DNA of 64,000 nucleotides from Escherichia coli (GTDB lineage Bacteria; Pseudomonadota; Gammaproteobacteria; Enterobacterales; Enterobacteriaceae): NCBI RefSeq assembly GCF_030384885.1, contig NZ_CP128613.1; one strand, 5' to 3'. Shown piece by piece: positions 11,872 to 22,850 of this stretch (position 1 is its first letter; each line of letters starts with the position of its first letter). The notes under the pieces were generated by a model. It saw only the letters and a program-made list of their open reading frames with translations, ran no database searches and was not told where the DNA came from. The position numbers and the translations under genes were made by a program.

Positions 11872-14800
11872 ATGGCTTCGACAAATGCGCAGCAAATAAA
11901 AAATAATGATCAAAACTCTTTATGCGGTCTGGGTGACAAAATACGCCGCCTGGCCGCCGGAGTTTGTTTATTCACACAATTTTTTTTCCCCGTCATCGCG
12001 ACGGCACAAAATGTGGTACACGCTAACCCGCAGTGAAGGTGTTCAGGATATCACTCTGTCTGACTGGACAGATAACGGGGATGGTAGCTACACACAGATG
12101 CTGACTGCAGGAACGACTTCAGGTTCAGTAACACTGACACCGCAACTTAACGGTGAGAGTGCGGTAAAAGAATCCATCGTCGTTAATATCGTCCCTGTTG
12201 TCTCATCCCGCGACCATTCTTCAATATCCATAGATAACATATTGTATTATGCCGGAGACGACATCAAAGTCAGGGTAGAACTGAAAGACGACAACAATAA
12301 ACCGGTTGAATATCAAGAAGACGCGTTGGTAAAAGCCGTCACTGTCGAGAACAGCAAACCAGGCGCCACGGTTGTCTGGCACGAAGAGCATCCGGGCGTT
12401 TATGCAGCGAATTATCCGGCCCATAAGCAAGGAGCAGCCCTGAGGGCACAACTTAGCCTTCACAACTGGAATACTCCTCTGCAATCGCATATTTATAATA
12501 TCGAAGCAAACCAGAATAAGGCTCACGTCGCCACATTATCCGCAACGAATAATGACGTTTACGCCGATAAAAAGACGTTTAATACCATCACTATTAACGT
12601 CACTGATGAGAGTGATAATCCCCTGAGAAATCATCAGGTCACCTTTAAGAATGAGAAAGGAAGCGCGGAATTTGTAGAACCGACGCAGCAAAATACTGAT
12701 GCACATGGTGTTGCCACAATCAACATGATAAGTCAGGTTGCGGAAGAAAATACGATTAGCGCTACGCTGCCAAATGGTTCTACTCAACGGGTAACTGCGA
12801 AATTTGTTAGCGATTCGAATACGCCAAAACTCAAACAACTGGTTGCCGCGCCAGATACCATTAGTGCTGGTAATAGCCAGGGTAGTACCCTGACCGCCAC
12901 CGTCACAGACTTTCATAACAACCCGTTAAAAGATATGAAAGTGAATTTTGTGGCACCAACTGACTCGCAACTGGACAACACGACCGCCACAACTGACCAG
13001 TCCGGGATTGCGCGGGTGCACCTGACCAGTTCAAAAGCAGGTAACTATACCGTCGATGCCTCGCTTGAGGCGGATAAAAATATTCACCAGTCGGTTACGG
13101 TTACCGTGGTCCCAAACAGGGAACAATCGGTAATTATTTTGAATGCCGGATCGGGCAGTACGATTGCTAACAATACAGATACCGTTACCCTGACTGCCAG
13201 TGTGAAAGATGTTTATGGACACTCACTACCGGATGAGGATGTGAAATTTACCTTGCCAGCATCTATGACAGGAAACTTCACGCTAAGTAGTGACACCGCT
13301 CGCACCGATTCAAACGGCAATGCCGTGGTCACATTGCGAGGCACAAAAGCGGGTGAGTTTACAGTGACGGCGACACTGAGCAGAAATAATACCAGTGCTA
13401 ATCAGCTAGTCTATTTTATTGGGGATACAAGCAGCGCGCAGCTCCAGCCGCTGACTGCCTCATTAAATACCATAGTTGCTGGCAACAGTACGGGGAGTAC
13501 CCTGACAGCAACGATCCTGGACGCTTACCAAAATCCGCTTAAAGACCAACAGGTCACTTTCCAGAGTAACGATGTCACACTAAGCGGAACCGAAGTCACC
13601 ACCAATACGCAGGGTCAAGCGACGGTAATAATGACCAGCAATATTGCCGGACAACATAACGTCGTGGTGAGCCGGAAAGCGCAATCATCCGATAATAAAA
13701 CGTTTAGTTTATCAGTGCTCCCGGATGAAAGTTCGGCGAAGATAATAAGTATAACCGGAGCCGAAAAAACGATAATGGTTGGCGAAAACATCACGCTACG
13801 AATACACGTACAGGATGCGTTTAATAACGTCATAGCCGGTCAACGCGTCAGATTAAGTGCGCTGCCAACCGCTAACATTACGATAGACGATACGGCTTAC
13901 ACCGATAATAACGGCTATGCGTACGTTAACCTTATCAGCACCCAGCCTGGGGTCTATCAGGTGACAGCAACGCTGGACAATAACAGTAGTCGTAAAGTTG
14001 ACGTGAGTGTGGCAAAGGGCAAACTCGAGTTAACATCATCGAAGCCAGAAACCACGGTCCATAACAGTGAAGGTATTACACTGACCGCAACGGCAAGAAA
14101 TATTCAGGGTGAATTGATGCCGGGGCAAATTATCACCTTTAGCGTAACACCTGATGGGGCAACGCTAAGCAATACAGGGGAAATCCTGACTGATCAGTCA
14201 GGTCAGGCCAAAGTGACGCTGACCAGTGACAAAGTCAATGTATATACCGTTACGGCCACAATGGGCAAAGACGTTCCCGTTCAGAGCCAGGTGACGGTTG
14301 CGGTTAAGGCTGATGCTACAACGGCACATGTTGTGAGTGTCGTGGCTTCTCCTGACACCATAATCGCCGACGGGGTTGATAGCAGCACCATCACTTCACG
14401 AGTAGAAGATGATTATGGATTCCCGGTTGAAGGTGTCGACGTTAGTTACAGCTTAGACACCAAAGGCAGCCCGGTGATTAATAATCCAACTACGCGTACC
14501 GATCAGTCCGGGCAAGTCACGGCGACAATAACAGGTACATTGGCAGAAGCTCTAATTGTCAATGTTCAGGTCCCTGGCACAGTCCACAAATCCGCAGCCA
14601 TTACATTGATTCCTGGTACGGCAGATGAAAGTAAATCAACATTGAAATCTAGCGTTAGCTCTTTTATGGCTGACTTCCAGGAGAGCGCGACACTTACGTT
14701 AATATTGCAAGACAAGTACGGTAACCCGATAGTGACGTCTGATCATCTGGAATTTGTCCAGTCAGGTGCCTACGTGAACCTCCTGAAGTTGAGCAATATT

Positions 14801-15538
14801 GATTACAGCCAAAGAAATTATGGCGAGTACACCGTCACTGTCACTGGCGGCGTAGAGGGCAGAGCGACTCTCATTCCTATGCTGAACGGTGTTCATCAAG
14901 CAAACTTAAGCATATCACTGGATCTTGTCCGCTCAATAAAAGACATGCACGGTCATGTAACAGTCAACAACCATACCTTCACAACGGCTACATTCCCCAG
15001 TGAAGGTTTTATAGGGGCGTACTACACACTTAATGATGACAACTTTGAAGCGGGTAAAACCGTTAGTGATTATATGTTCACAAGTTCACAGAGTTGGGTG
15101 TCTGTCGATGCTTCAGGTAAAGTTTCTTTCACAAATACCGGCGACCAAACTTCAGTCGTAATAAGCGCTGTTCCCAGACAAGGAGGTACAACCTACCAGA
15201 CATTAATTAAGCTGAAAGGCTGGTGGGTGAATCATGGGAATCAAACCAATATCTGGCTAACTGCCAATGCGTTCTGCAACGCGAAAAGTGATGGATATAA
15301 TCTTCCTGGCGTCGCACATTTAACGTCTGGCGAAAACAAACGCACGTTGGGATCGCTATATGGTGAGTGGGGGAACGTTGGGGAGTTTTCCAGTGATTCG
15401 CAATTTACCGCGGGTGCTTACTGGACCAATCAACAGGATGATTACAATAGACACGTCTATGTGCAGATGCTGACGGGCAGGATTGGAAGCGACGCAGATT
15501 CCAGCGCTCAACTAACTGCCTGCCGTAAATCACTTTAA
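11872..15538 (+). pseudogene. intimin/invasin-family (inverse autotransporter, YeeJ-like) adhesin remnant: signal peptide in one frame, then 1210-aa Ig-like (Big_1) passenger with C-terminal lectin-like domain in another; the beta-barrel translocator is absent
   Basis: The ATG at 11872 has a ggaagg RBS and encodes MASTNAQQIKNNDQNSLCGLGDKIRRLAAGVCLFTQFFFPVIATAQNVVHANPQ-stop (signal-peptide-like). The 11906-15538 frame encodes repeated Ig-like modules (GSTLTATV...DQSGIARVHLTSSKAGNYTV). No room exists for the ~450-aa LysM/barrel domain. Confidence 0.5.
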
Positions 15539-15718
15539 TTTCTGAAGTAGTTATTAAAGGATACCCTTTTGCGAGGGTATCCTTTCAGACTCATGACAAA
15601 AGCCAAATTGCCTGATGCGCTACGCTTATCAGGCTTACACTATCTCTCTAATATATTGAATTTTTATGCTTTTGTAGGGAGCGCAAGGCGTTTATGCCGC
15701 ATCTGGCACGAGCAAACA

Positions 15719-16291
15719 TTAATCAGCTCTTTTCTTCGGGCACTCAAGAAACTCAACAGCAACCGTTGATGTCAGCCAGACCCCGTTTTCCGCTTGCCAG
15801 AAAGGGATGCCTCGTTTCGCCATTTCCTGTGCTTTGACGGTTAAAATAACCGGCAATCCGTGTCTTGCTCCCACTTTGCGTGCCGTTGCTTCATCAGCAG
15901 AGAGATGCACGTAATGACGCTCTCCTGGAATCAGCCCTTGTTTTTTTATCTCGTCAAGAAAGCGGCTTGCCGTACCGTGGTAGAGAAACTGTGGCGGTGT
16001 TTTTTCGGCAAAGGCAATGGCGACCTGCGAAGTCGAATGCCCCTGAACCGCGCGAATGCACCTACCATCACTGGAATAACTAAAACGCTTTTTATCGCTG
16101 GTGGCGACAACGGTATCCAGCAATGCACGGGTTAACCGCTTACCTGCTTTTTGTGCACAAAGTATGAGCTTATCAATATCCGCCCATCCTTCACGGTCAA
16201 GTACGATACCAATCGCCTCCGGTTTATGTCGGAGAATAAAACTTAAAAACTTGCTTGTATCCGCCAGCTCTTTTTCGTTGTACTTTGCCAT
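15719..16291 (-). CDS. kptA: RNA 2'-phosphotransferase (Tpt1/KptA)
   Basis: Product [42 protein letters not shown]... recognised as KptA. Confidence 0.9.
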   Translation of the reverse strand: MAKYNEKELADTSKFLSFILRHKPEAIGIVLDREGWADIDKLILCAQKAGKRLTRALLDTVVATSDKKRFSYSSDGRCIRAVQGHSTSQVAIAFAEKTPPQFLYHGTASRFLDEIKKQGLIPGERHYVHLSADEATARKVGARHGLPVILTVKAQEMAKRGIPFWQAENGVWLTSTVAVEFLECPKKRAD

Positions 16292-16540
16292 CGCGTTTTC
16301 GTCCCTGGATTTTCCGTTTTTATTTACTCACGTCATTGTCACTGAATTTATGAATTTTCTGCAACGAAATCCTTCGCAGCATCTTGTTCAAACAGCGTAA
16401 TTTTTCCGCTATGCAAAAAACGCATAGCCAGAAACATACTTGCATTTTCCCCATACCCATATGGCTGATAAGGTTTTTCAGCTCCAGGAATTTTCCTGGC
16501 TCAAGCAACACACAAACACAAAAAAACAATGGGGATTGTT

Positions 16541-17224
16541 ATGACACAACAAGGGGATGCTGTAGCCGGGGAGCTGGCGACAGAAAAAGTGGGCATTAAA
16601 GGGTATCTGGCTTTTTTTCTCACCATAATCTTTTTTTCCGGTGTTTTTTCCGGGACAGACAGCTGGTGGCGCGTTTTTGATTTTTCCGTTCTGAACGGAT
16701 CGTTTGGGCAACTGCCTGGTGCGAACGGAACCACCACCTCGTTTCGCGGAGCGGGTGGCGCGGGGGCTAAAGATGGCTTTCTCTTTGCGCTGGAGCTGGC
16801 ACCATCAGTCATTCTCTCTCTGGGGATTATTTCAATTACCGATGGTCTTGGTGGATTACGCGCCGCGCAGCAGTTAATGACACCTGTGCTAAAACCATTG
16901 TTGGGCATTCCAGGAATCTGCTCGCTGGCGCTGATCGCTAACTTGCAAAACACTGATGCCGCCGCCGGTATGACCAAAGAGCTGGCGCAGGAAGGTGAAA
17001 TTACCGAACGCGATAAAGTGATTTTCGCCGCATATCAAACCAGCGGTAGCGCCATCATCACCAACTACTTCTCTTCCGGCGTCGCGGTGTTTGCCTTTCT
17101 GGGGACGTCCGTAATCGTACCTTTAGCCGTCATCCTGGTATTTAAATTTGTCGGTGCCAATATTTTGCGCGTCTGGCTTAACTTTGAAGAACGTCGCAAC
17201 CCAACGCAAGGAGCGCAAGCATGA
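16541..17224 (+). CDS. yjiH: nucleoside-recognition-domain membrane protein YjiH
   Basis: 227-aa product from the ATG at 16541 (MTQQGDAVAGELATEKVGIKGYLAFFL); synteny. Confidence 0.8.
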   Translation: MTQQGDAVAGELATEKVGIKGYLAFFLTIIFFSGVFSGTDSWWRVFDFSVLNGSFGQLPGANGTTTSFRGAGGAGAKDGFLFALELAPSVILSLGIISITDGLGGLRAAQQLMTPVLKPLLGIPGICSLALIANLQNTDAAAGMTKELAQEGEITERDKVIFAAYQTSGSAIITNYFSSGVAVFAFLGTSVIVPLAVILVFKFVGANILRVWLNFEERRNPTQGAQA

Positions 17225-17682
17225 CAACTCAGGTCCGCAAAAACGTCATGGATATGTTTATTGATGGCGCGCGCCGTGGCTTTACTATCGCCACCACCAA
17301 CCTGCTGCCCAACGTGGTGATGGCATTTGTCATCATTCAGGCACTGAAAATTACTGGCCTGCTCGACTGGGTGGGGCATATCTGTGAACCCGTAATGGCG
17401 CTGTGGGGATTGCCAGGTGAAGCGGCAACCGTCCTTTTAGCCGCATTAATGAGTATGGGCGGCGCAGTCGGTGTTGCCGCCAGTCTGGCAACCGCCGGCG
17501 CATTAACCGGCCACGATGTCACTGTTTTACTGCCTGCAATGTATTTAATGGGCAACCCGGTGCAAAATGTCGGTCGCTGCCTGGGGACAGCCGAAGTGAA
17601 TGCCAAATATTACCCGCACATCATTACGGTCTGCGTCATTAACGCATTGCTGTCGATCTGGGTTATGCAGCTTATTGTTTAA
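17221..17682 (+). CDS. yjiG: inner-membrane protein YjiG (SpmB-like)
   Basis: 153-aa product; start overlaps the yjiH stop (ATGA). Confidence 0.8.
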   Translation: MTTQVRKNVMDMFIDGARRGFTIATTNLLPNVVMAFVIIQALKITGLLDWVGHICEPVMALWGLPGEAATVLLAALMSMGGAVGVAASLATAGALTGHDVTVLLPAMYLMGNPVQNVGRCLGTAEVNAKYYPHIITVCVINALLSIWVMQLIV

Positions 17683-17694
17683 CAAGGAGTTATC

Positions 17695-18867
17695 ATGATT
17701 GATTATTCCGCAGCCGGTTTTACCCTGCTGCAGGGAGCGCATTTGTATGCGCCGGAAGATCGGGGAATTTGCGATGTCCTCGTCGCTAACGGCAAAATTA
17801 TCGCCGTTGCCAGCAATATCCCTTCTGACATCGTACCTGACTGCATGGTCGTCGATCTCCGCGGGCAGATCCTCTGCCCAGGTTTTATTGATCAACACGT
17901 CCATTTGATTGGCGGTGGCGGAGAAGCTGGTCCCACTACGCGTACGCCGGAAGTGGCGTTAAGTCGTCTGACAGAAGCGGGCGTCACGTCAGTGGTTGGA
18001 CTGCTAGGCACCGACTCTGTCTCTCGCCACCCGGAATCCCTGCTCGCCAAGACCCGTGCGCTCAATGAGGAAGGCATCAGCGCCTGGATGCTGACCGGCG
18101 CTTATCATGTACCTTCCCGCACCATTACAGGTTCCGTGGAAAAAGACGTGGCAATTATCGATCGCGTGATTGGCGTGAAATGCGCTATCTCTGATCACCG
18201 CTCTGCCGCACCGGACATTTATCACCTGGCCAATATGGCGGCGGAATCCCGCGTTGGCGGTTTGCTCGGCGGTAAGCCTGGCGTCACTGTGTTCCACATG
18301 GGCGACAGCAAAAAGGCATTGCAGCCTATCTATGACCTGCTGGAAAACTGCGATGTTCCCATCAATAAGTTGCTGCCGACCCACGTTAACCGCAACGTAC
18401 CGTTGTTTGAGCAGGCGCTGGAGTTTGCGCGCAAAGGCGGTACCATTGACATCACCAGCAGCATCGATGAACCGGTCGCCCCTGCCGAAGGTATTGCCCG
18501 CGCCGTTCAGGCCGGTATTCCGCTGACACGCGTCACCCTCAGCTCCGATGGTAACGGTAGTCAGCCGTTCTTCGACGACGAAGGGAATTTAACCCATATC
18601 GGCGTTGCGGGATTTGAAACGTTGCTGGAAACCGTACAGATGCTGGTCAAAGACTACGATTTCAGCATCAGCGATGCCCTGCGCCCACTCACCAGTAGCG
18701 TGGCCGGTTTCCTTAACCTGACCGGGAAAGGCGAAATTCTGCCAGGCAATGACGCAGATTTGCTGGTCATGACGCCAGAACTGCGCATTGAACAGGTATA
18801 CGCCCGCGGCAAACTGATGGTTAAAGACGGCAAAGCCTGCGTGAAAGGAACGTTTGAAACGGCATAA
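17695..18867 (+). CDS. iadA: isoaspartyl dipeptidase
   Basis: 390-aa amidohydrolase-fold product (GFIDQHVHLIGGGGEAGP metal-binding motif); recognised as IadA. Confidence 0.9.
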   Translation: MIDYSAAGFTLLQGAHLYAPEDRGICDVLVANGKIIAVASNIPSDIVPDCMVVDLRGQILCPGFIDQHVHLIGGGGEAGPTTRTPEVALSRLTEAGVTSVVGLLGTDSVSRHPESLLAKTRALNEEGISAWMLTGAYHVPSRTITGSVEKDVAIIDRVIGVKCAISDHRSAAPDIYHLANMAAESRVGGLLGGKPGVTVFHMGDSKKALQPIYDLLENCDVPINKLLPTHVNRNVPLFEQALEFARKGGTIDITSSIDEPVAPAEGIARAVQAGIPLTRVTLSSDGNGSQPFFDDEGNLTHIGVAGFETLLETVQMLVKDYDFSISDALRPLTSSVAGFLNLTGKGEILPGNDADLLVMTPELRIEQVYARGKLMVKDGKACVKGTFETA

Positions 18868-18931
18868 ACGGTTGTCAGCCGCCCGAATGGACGTAGAATG
18901 CCCGCAAGGGCGGCTGACAGAGTAAAACGTA

Positions 18932-19843
18932 ATGGATGACTGTGGTGCAGTTTTGCATAATATTGAAACAAAATGGCTTTATGATTTTCTGACCCTGGAA
19001 AAATGCCGCAACTTTTCCCAGGCGGCAGTCAGTCGCAACGTCTCACAACCCGCATTTAGCCGTCGCATCCGCGCGCTGGAACAGGCAATTGGCGTTGAAT
19101 TGTTTAACCGCCAGGTGACACCTCTGCAACTCTCGGAACAAGGGAAAATCTTCCATTCGCAGATCCGCCATCTGCTGCAACAGTTAGAGAGCAACCTTGC
19201 AGAACTGCGTGGCGGCAGCGATTACGCGCAACGTAAAATCAAGATAGCCGCTGCACACTCTCTTTCTCTCGGTCTTTTACCGTCAATTATCAGCCAGATG
19301 CCGCCGCTCTTTACCTGGGCGATTGAAGCCATTGATGTTGATGAAGCGGTCGATAAACTTCGTGAAGGGCAAAGCGACTGTATTTTTTCCTTTCATGACG
19401 AAGATTTGCTGGAAGCACCGTTTGACCACATTCGCTTATTTGAATCTCAATTGTTCCCCGTCTGCGCCAGTGACGAACACGGAGAAGCGCTTTTTAACCT
19501 CGCACAGCCACACTTTCCGTTACTGAATTACAGCCGTAACTCCTACATGGGGCGATTGATTAACCGTACCCTGACGCGCCACAGTGAGTTAAGTTTCAGC
19601 ACCTTTTTTGTCTCGTCGATGAGCGAGCTTTTAAAGCAGGTTGCCCTCGACGGCTGTGGGATTGCCTGGCTGCCGGAGTACGCCATCCAACAAGAAATTC
19701 GCAGCGGGAAGCTTATCGTTCTGAATCGGGACGAACTGGTGATCCCGATTCAGGCCTATGCATACCGGATGAATACCCGTATGAATCCCGTGGCCGAACG
19801 CTTCTGGCGCGAACTGCGCGAGCTGGAGATTGTGCTTAGCTGA
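18932..19843 (+). CDS. hypT: LysR-family transcriptional regulator HypT (YjiE)
   Basis: 303-aa product with N-terminal LysR HTH ([29 protein letters not shown]). Confidence 0.85.
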   Translation: MDDCGAVLHNIETKWLYDFLTLEKCRNFSQAAVSRNVSQPAFSRRIRALEQAIGVELFNRQVTPLQLSEQGKIFHSQIRHLLQQLESNLAELRGGSDYAQRKIKIAAAHSLSLGLLPSIISQMPPLFTWAIEAIDVDEAVDKLREGQSDCIFSFHDEDLLEAPFDHIRLFESQLFPVCASDEHGEALFNLAQPHFPLLNYSRNSYMGRLINRTLTRHSELSFSTFFVSSMSELLKQVALDGCGIAWLPEYAIQQEIRSGKLIVLNRDELVIPIQAYAYRMNTRMNPVAERFWRELRELEIVLS

Positions 19844-20228
19844 CATTCTCCAGCGTCGCACTACACCAACCGCCACTATCCCAGACCAGATCATACGTTA
19901 GCGGTTCATCGTCGTGGTGCAGCATTATCTCAAGGCTGATCGCCAGCGTGTGGCTGTACGCTTCTTTCAAATTGACCTGCAACGCCGCAATCCGAGGCTC
20001 ATGAAATAAAAGTGCAGAACGTAGTTGACGGCAATACCAGCTCTGGAGATGTTTGTCGCTCTGGTTATGCACTTGCCACTCAGGCATACCTGAAACAAGT
20101 AATGAAGGTAATGCCGAATGAGGAGAATTAAAAAGAGTGAGGAGATCGCTGCATACCGATTTACGCAGTGATAACGTTTTATTGCCTGATATTTCAGGTG
20201 AAACAGCCTGAAGTGATTGGCGCATCAT
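19836..20228 (-). CDS. iraD: anti-adaptor protein IraD (RssB inhibitor)
   Basis: Product [25 protein letters not shown]... recognised as IraD; convergent with hypT, 3' ends overlapping by 8 nt. Confidence 0.8.
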   Translation of the reverse strand: MMRQSLQAVSPEISGNKTLSLRKSVCSDLLTLFNSPHSALPSLLVSGMPEWQVHNQSDKHLQSWYCRQLRSALLFHEPRIAALQVNLKEAYSHTLAISLEIMLHHDDEPLTYDLVWDSGGWCSATLENVS

Positions 20229-20901
20229 TTTGCGCACTCCTGACGTTTAGCAACATATGTGGCTTGCCCTGAATACCGGGCACCACTGTATTGATGCTCA
20301 TTTTCCATAGCCATTCCCTTTTGTTCATTACATCCATGTCAGTCTGAGACAGGCCTGAATCCTGTCAGCAAAGTATAAAACCTTACTTGCCTATGAATAT
20401 CTACTGACTTTTCAGGAAAAAAGTCATGATTTGATAAAAATCATCAAACTCAAAAAAAAACTGCTAGTATATTCTGAATATTCCGAATAGTTACGTAGAT
20501 GAAAATACTTGTCACCGCCGCTACTTAATCCCGGCGGGAGATTATTTATTTTCGTATAATCAACCATGTATTATTTGAAACAATTAGTTTGTAAATAATA
20601 TAAATTGATAACATATCAAATACATCAAAAACACCATTCACAGGCATTATTAATATAGACATCAATATAACAACATCAAATTCCAATTAGTAATAAGATA
20701 TGCTTTTAAATTGCATGCAAATAATTTTAAATGAGCGTTTTTTGATACTTTAGAGTGTTTCCCACCCTTTAATATCACTGTGTAGAGTTGATATCACTAC
20801 AACAGAAACATGCATGTCATTTGTTTACTTCTCTTTTTACTACAGAAAAATTTATCTATTTTTCTAAAACATCAGTGAAATACTCATAAAAGGTTATTAA
20901 T

Positions 20902-21723
20902 ATGTCTATGCCAATAAGCAATGCCGCTAACAACAAAATTTTTACAGATAATCATTTCGCTCATCATCCAAATGCCGATAAAGAATTAGCAGACAGTATG
21001 CCCTCGCATCTTAACTCGGAAAACATCTATGTCAGACCTCTTGTTCGTGGAAATAACCATAACTATGATGGGGGAAGTGTTGTCGAAATTAGACAGCTTG
21101 AAATTGGTAAACAAGGGTATTGGCCATTCAATTACGTAACAGCCGCATGTAAAGAATCCGATGGTATTTCAATCACAGGAAACATACGCTGTGGTACCTG
21201 GAAGGCCAGCTCAGTATTAGACGGAATATACGGTGGAGTATGTAAAAAGGCGCATGTTTCCGCAGCGTTAGAAGCTGGTCTACGGTTTAACCTAACTATG
21301 GATTCTAAAATTCCAAACACGATACATGAAATAACCCTAGGCCCTGGTTGCAATGTTCCAGGCTATGCGGGAACCACGATAGGATACCTGGCAACACTCC
21401 CCCTTGAAAAGGTTGAAAATTGGCAAGATACAACACTGCCAAGAATTGATATCTATATTGATCAGATAATGACTGTGTCAGGGGTAGCAAATTCTTCCGG
21501 ATTCGCCCTTGCTGCATTACTTAATGCTAATATTGGAATGGGAAATGACCCAATAATTGGTATAGAAGCCTATCCTGGTACCGCTGAGATCCACGCTAAG
21601 ATTGGATATAAAGTTATCCCCGGGGATGAAAATGCACATGTCAAACGTATGACTCTGCAACCGTCATCTCTCCCAGAACTGTTTGAATTAAAAAATGGTG
21701 AATGGAATTATATTGGTAAATAA
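20902..21723 (+). CDS. yjiC: uncharacterised protein YjiC
   Basis: 273-aa ORF in an AT-rich segment; position between iraD and uxuR matches K-12. Confidence 0.7.
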   Translation: MSMPISNAANNKIFTDNHFAHHPNADKELADSMPSHLNSENIYVRPLVRGNNHNYDGGSVVEIRQLEIGKQGYWPFNYVTAACKESDGISITGNIRCGTWKASSVLDGIYGGVCKKAHVSAALEAGLRFNLTMDSKIPNTIHEITLGPGCNVPGYAGTTIGYLATLPLEKVENWQDTTLPRIDIYIDQIMTVSGVANSSGFALAALLNANIGMGNDPIIGIEAYPGTAEIHAKIGYKVIPGDENAHVKRMTLQPSSLPELFELKNGEWNYIGK

Positions 21724-21863
21724 CCACTGGGAAGAATGAGTACTAACATTCAGGTTATACAGATATTTAAACAATACCCTGCAATTTATAAAGTAATACT
21801 CATTGCGACTTCTTAATTTAAGAAAGCGCAAGGAACGTTTACCCTTGCGCTTATCATAATAAG

Positions 21864-22637
21864 TCAGGCGTCGACTTTATCCAGCGGCCATGAATCAAAT
21901 AGATAGCCATCAAAATAAATATCGTCAACGTTCGAGAATTCAAGCAGACGTTGCTTCACGTTTTCCAGATGCTGCCACATTGCCAGCTTCGCCGCTCGGG
22001 CGTCTTTTTTGATTAACGCGGCGAGGATCTGTTTGTGATCGCCCAACCACTCTTTGCGATACAGGCTGTCATCCAGATGGCTGTGCAACTGGATCCACAT
22101 CGGATTGTTTTCCCGCCACTGCCAGGACTGACGGAATAGCTCCACCAGCATGCTGTTATGCGTCGCTTCGGCAATGGCGAGATGGAACTGCATGTCACCG
22201 CTTTCGCTGCTGCCCGGTGCGCTGGAAGCCAGCTCACGCTCTTCCAGTTGCAATGCCTGACGCATTTTGACGATATCTTCGCGGGTAGCCTGCAGGGCGG
22301 CAAATTCCGCGATGTTACTTTCCAGTAACTGACGCGCCTGTAACAGCTCAAAAGGACCGGCATCATTGCAGACGTTGGCATCCGGACTGTCTGTGTTGTG
22401 GCTGCCTGAGCTATCAAGAACATATATACCGGCACCCCGGCGCACTTCCACCAGCCCTTTGATCTCCAGCATGATCAGCGCTTCACGTACCACCGTCCGC
22501 GTGACATCAAGCATTTCTGCAATTTCACGCTCCGGCGGCAGCCGCTCGCCAGGATTGTACGGCGTCTTTATGATCAGATCGCGGATCATCGCCCCGACTT
22601 CCTGGTAAGGTCTTTGCGCAGAGGTGGCAGATTTCAT
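21864..22637 (-). CDS. uxuR: GntR/FadR-family repressor of the hexuronate regulon
   Basis: 257-aa product with N-terminal GntR HTH; recognised as UxuR. Confidence 0.9.
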   Translation of the reverse strand: MKSATSAQRPYQEVGAMIRDLIIKTPYNPGERLPPEREIAEMLDVTRTVVREALIMLEIKGLVEVRRGAGIYVLDSSGSHNTDSPDANVCNDAGPFELLQARQLLESNIAEFAALQATREDIVKMRQALQLEERELASSAPGSSESGDMQFHLAIAEATHNSMLVELFRQSWQWRENNPMWIQLHSHLDDSLYRKEWLGDHKQILAALIKKDARAAKLAMWQHLENVKQRLLEFSNVDDIYFDGYLFDSWPLDKVDA

Positions 22638-22673
22638 GGTGTTGTGTCCGTTAGGTGCAGTTAATCAAATTTT

Positions 22674-22712
22674 TGCCGGATGCGTCGTGCACGCCTTATC
22701 CGGCCTACAACG
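22674..22712. repeat. REP element
   Basis: gccggatgcgtcgtgcacgccttatccggcctacaa matches the E. coli REP consensus. Confidence 0.6.
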
Positions 22713-22850
22713 GGCGATTTTACGGCACCCGTCAATCTCAAACTATACCATTAGCACTGGAAGTTGGCACGTACAGGTGGGTAAAAAACGAAAACTGGTC
22801 AACCAAATATGCGTTTGATTGACCAGTAAGTCTGTAGGGTAATCAGTTAG

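Noticed and set aside
11872..12033. Stand-alone 54-codon ORF upstream of the large Ig-like gene
   Set aside because: Treated as the displaced signal-peptide exon of the adhesin pseudogene rather than an independent small gene.
20238..20901. AT-rich 660-bp iraD-yjiC intergenic region including an A9 tract (20452-20460)
   Set aside because: Probably ordinary promoter DNA for the divergent iraD and yjiC genes; no structured RNA or ORF could be supported from sequence alone.
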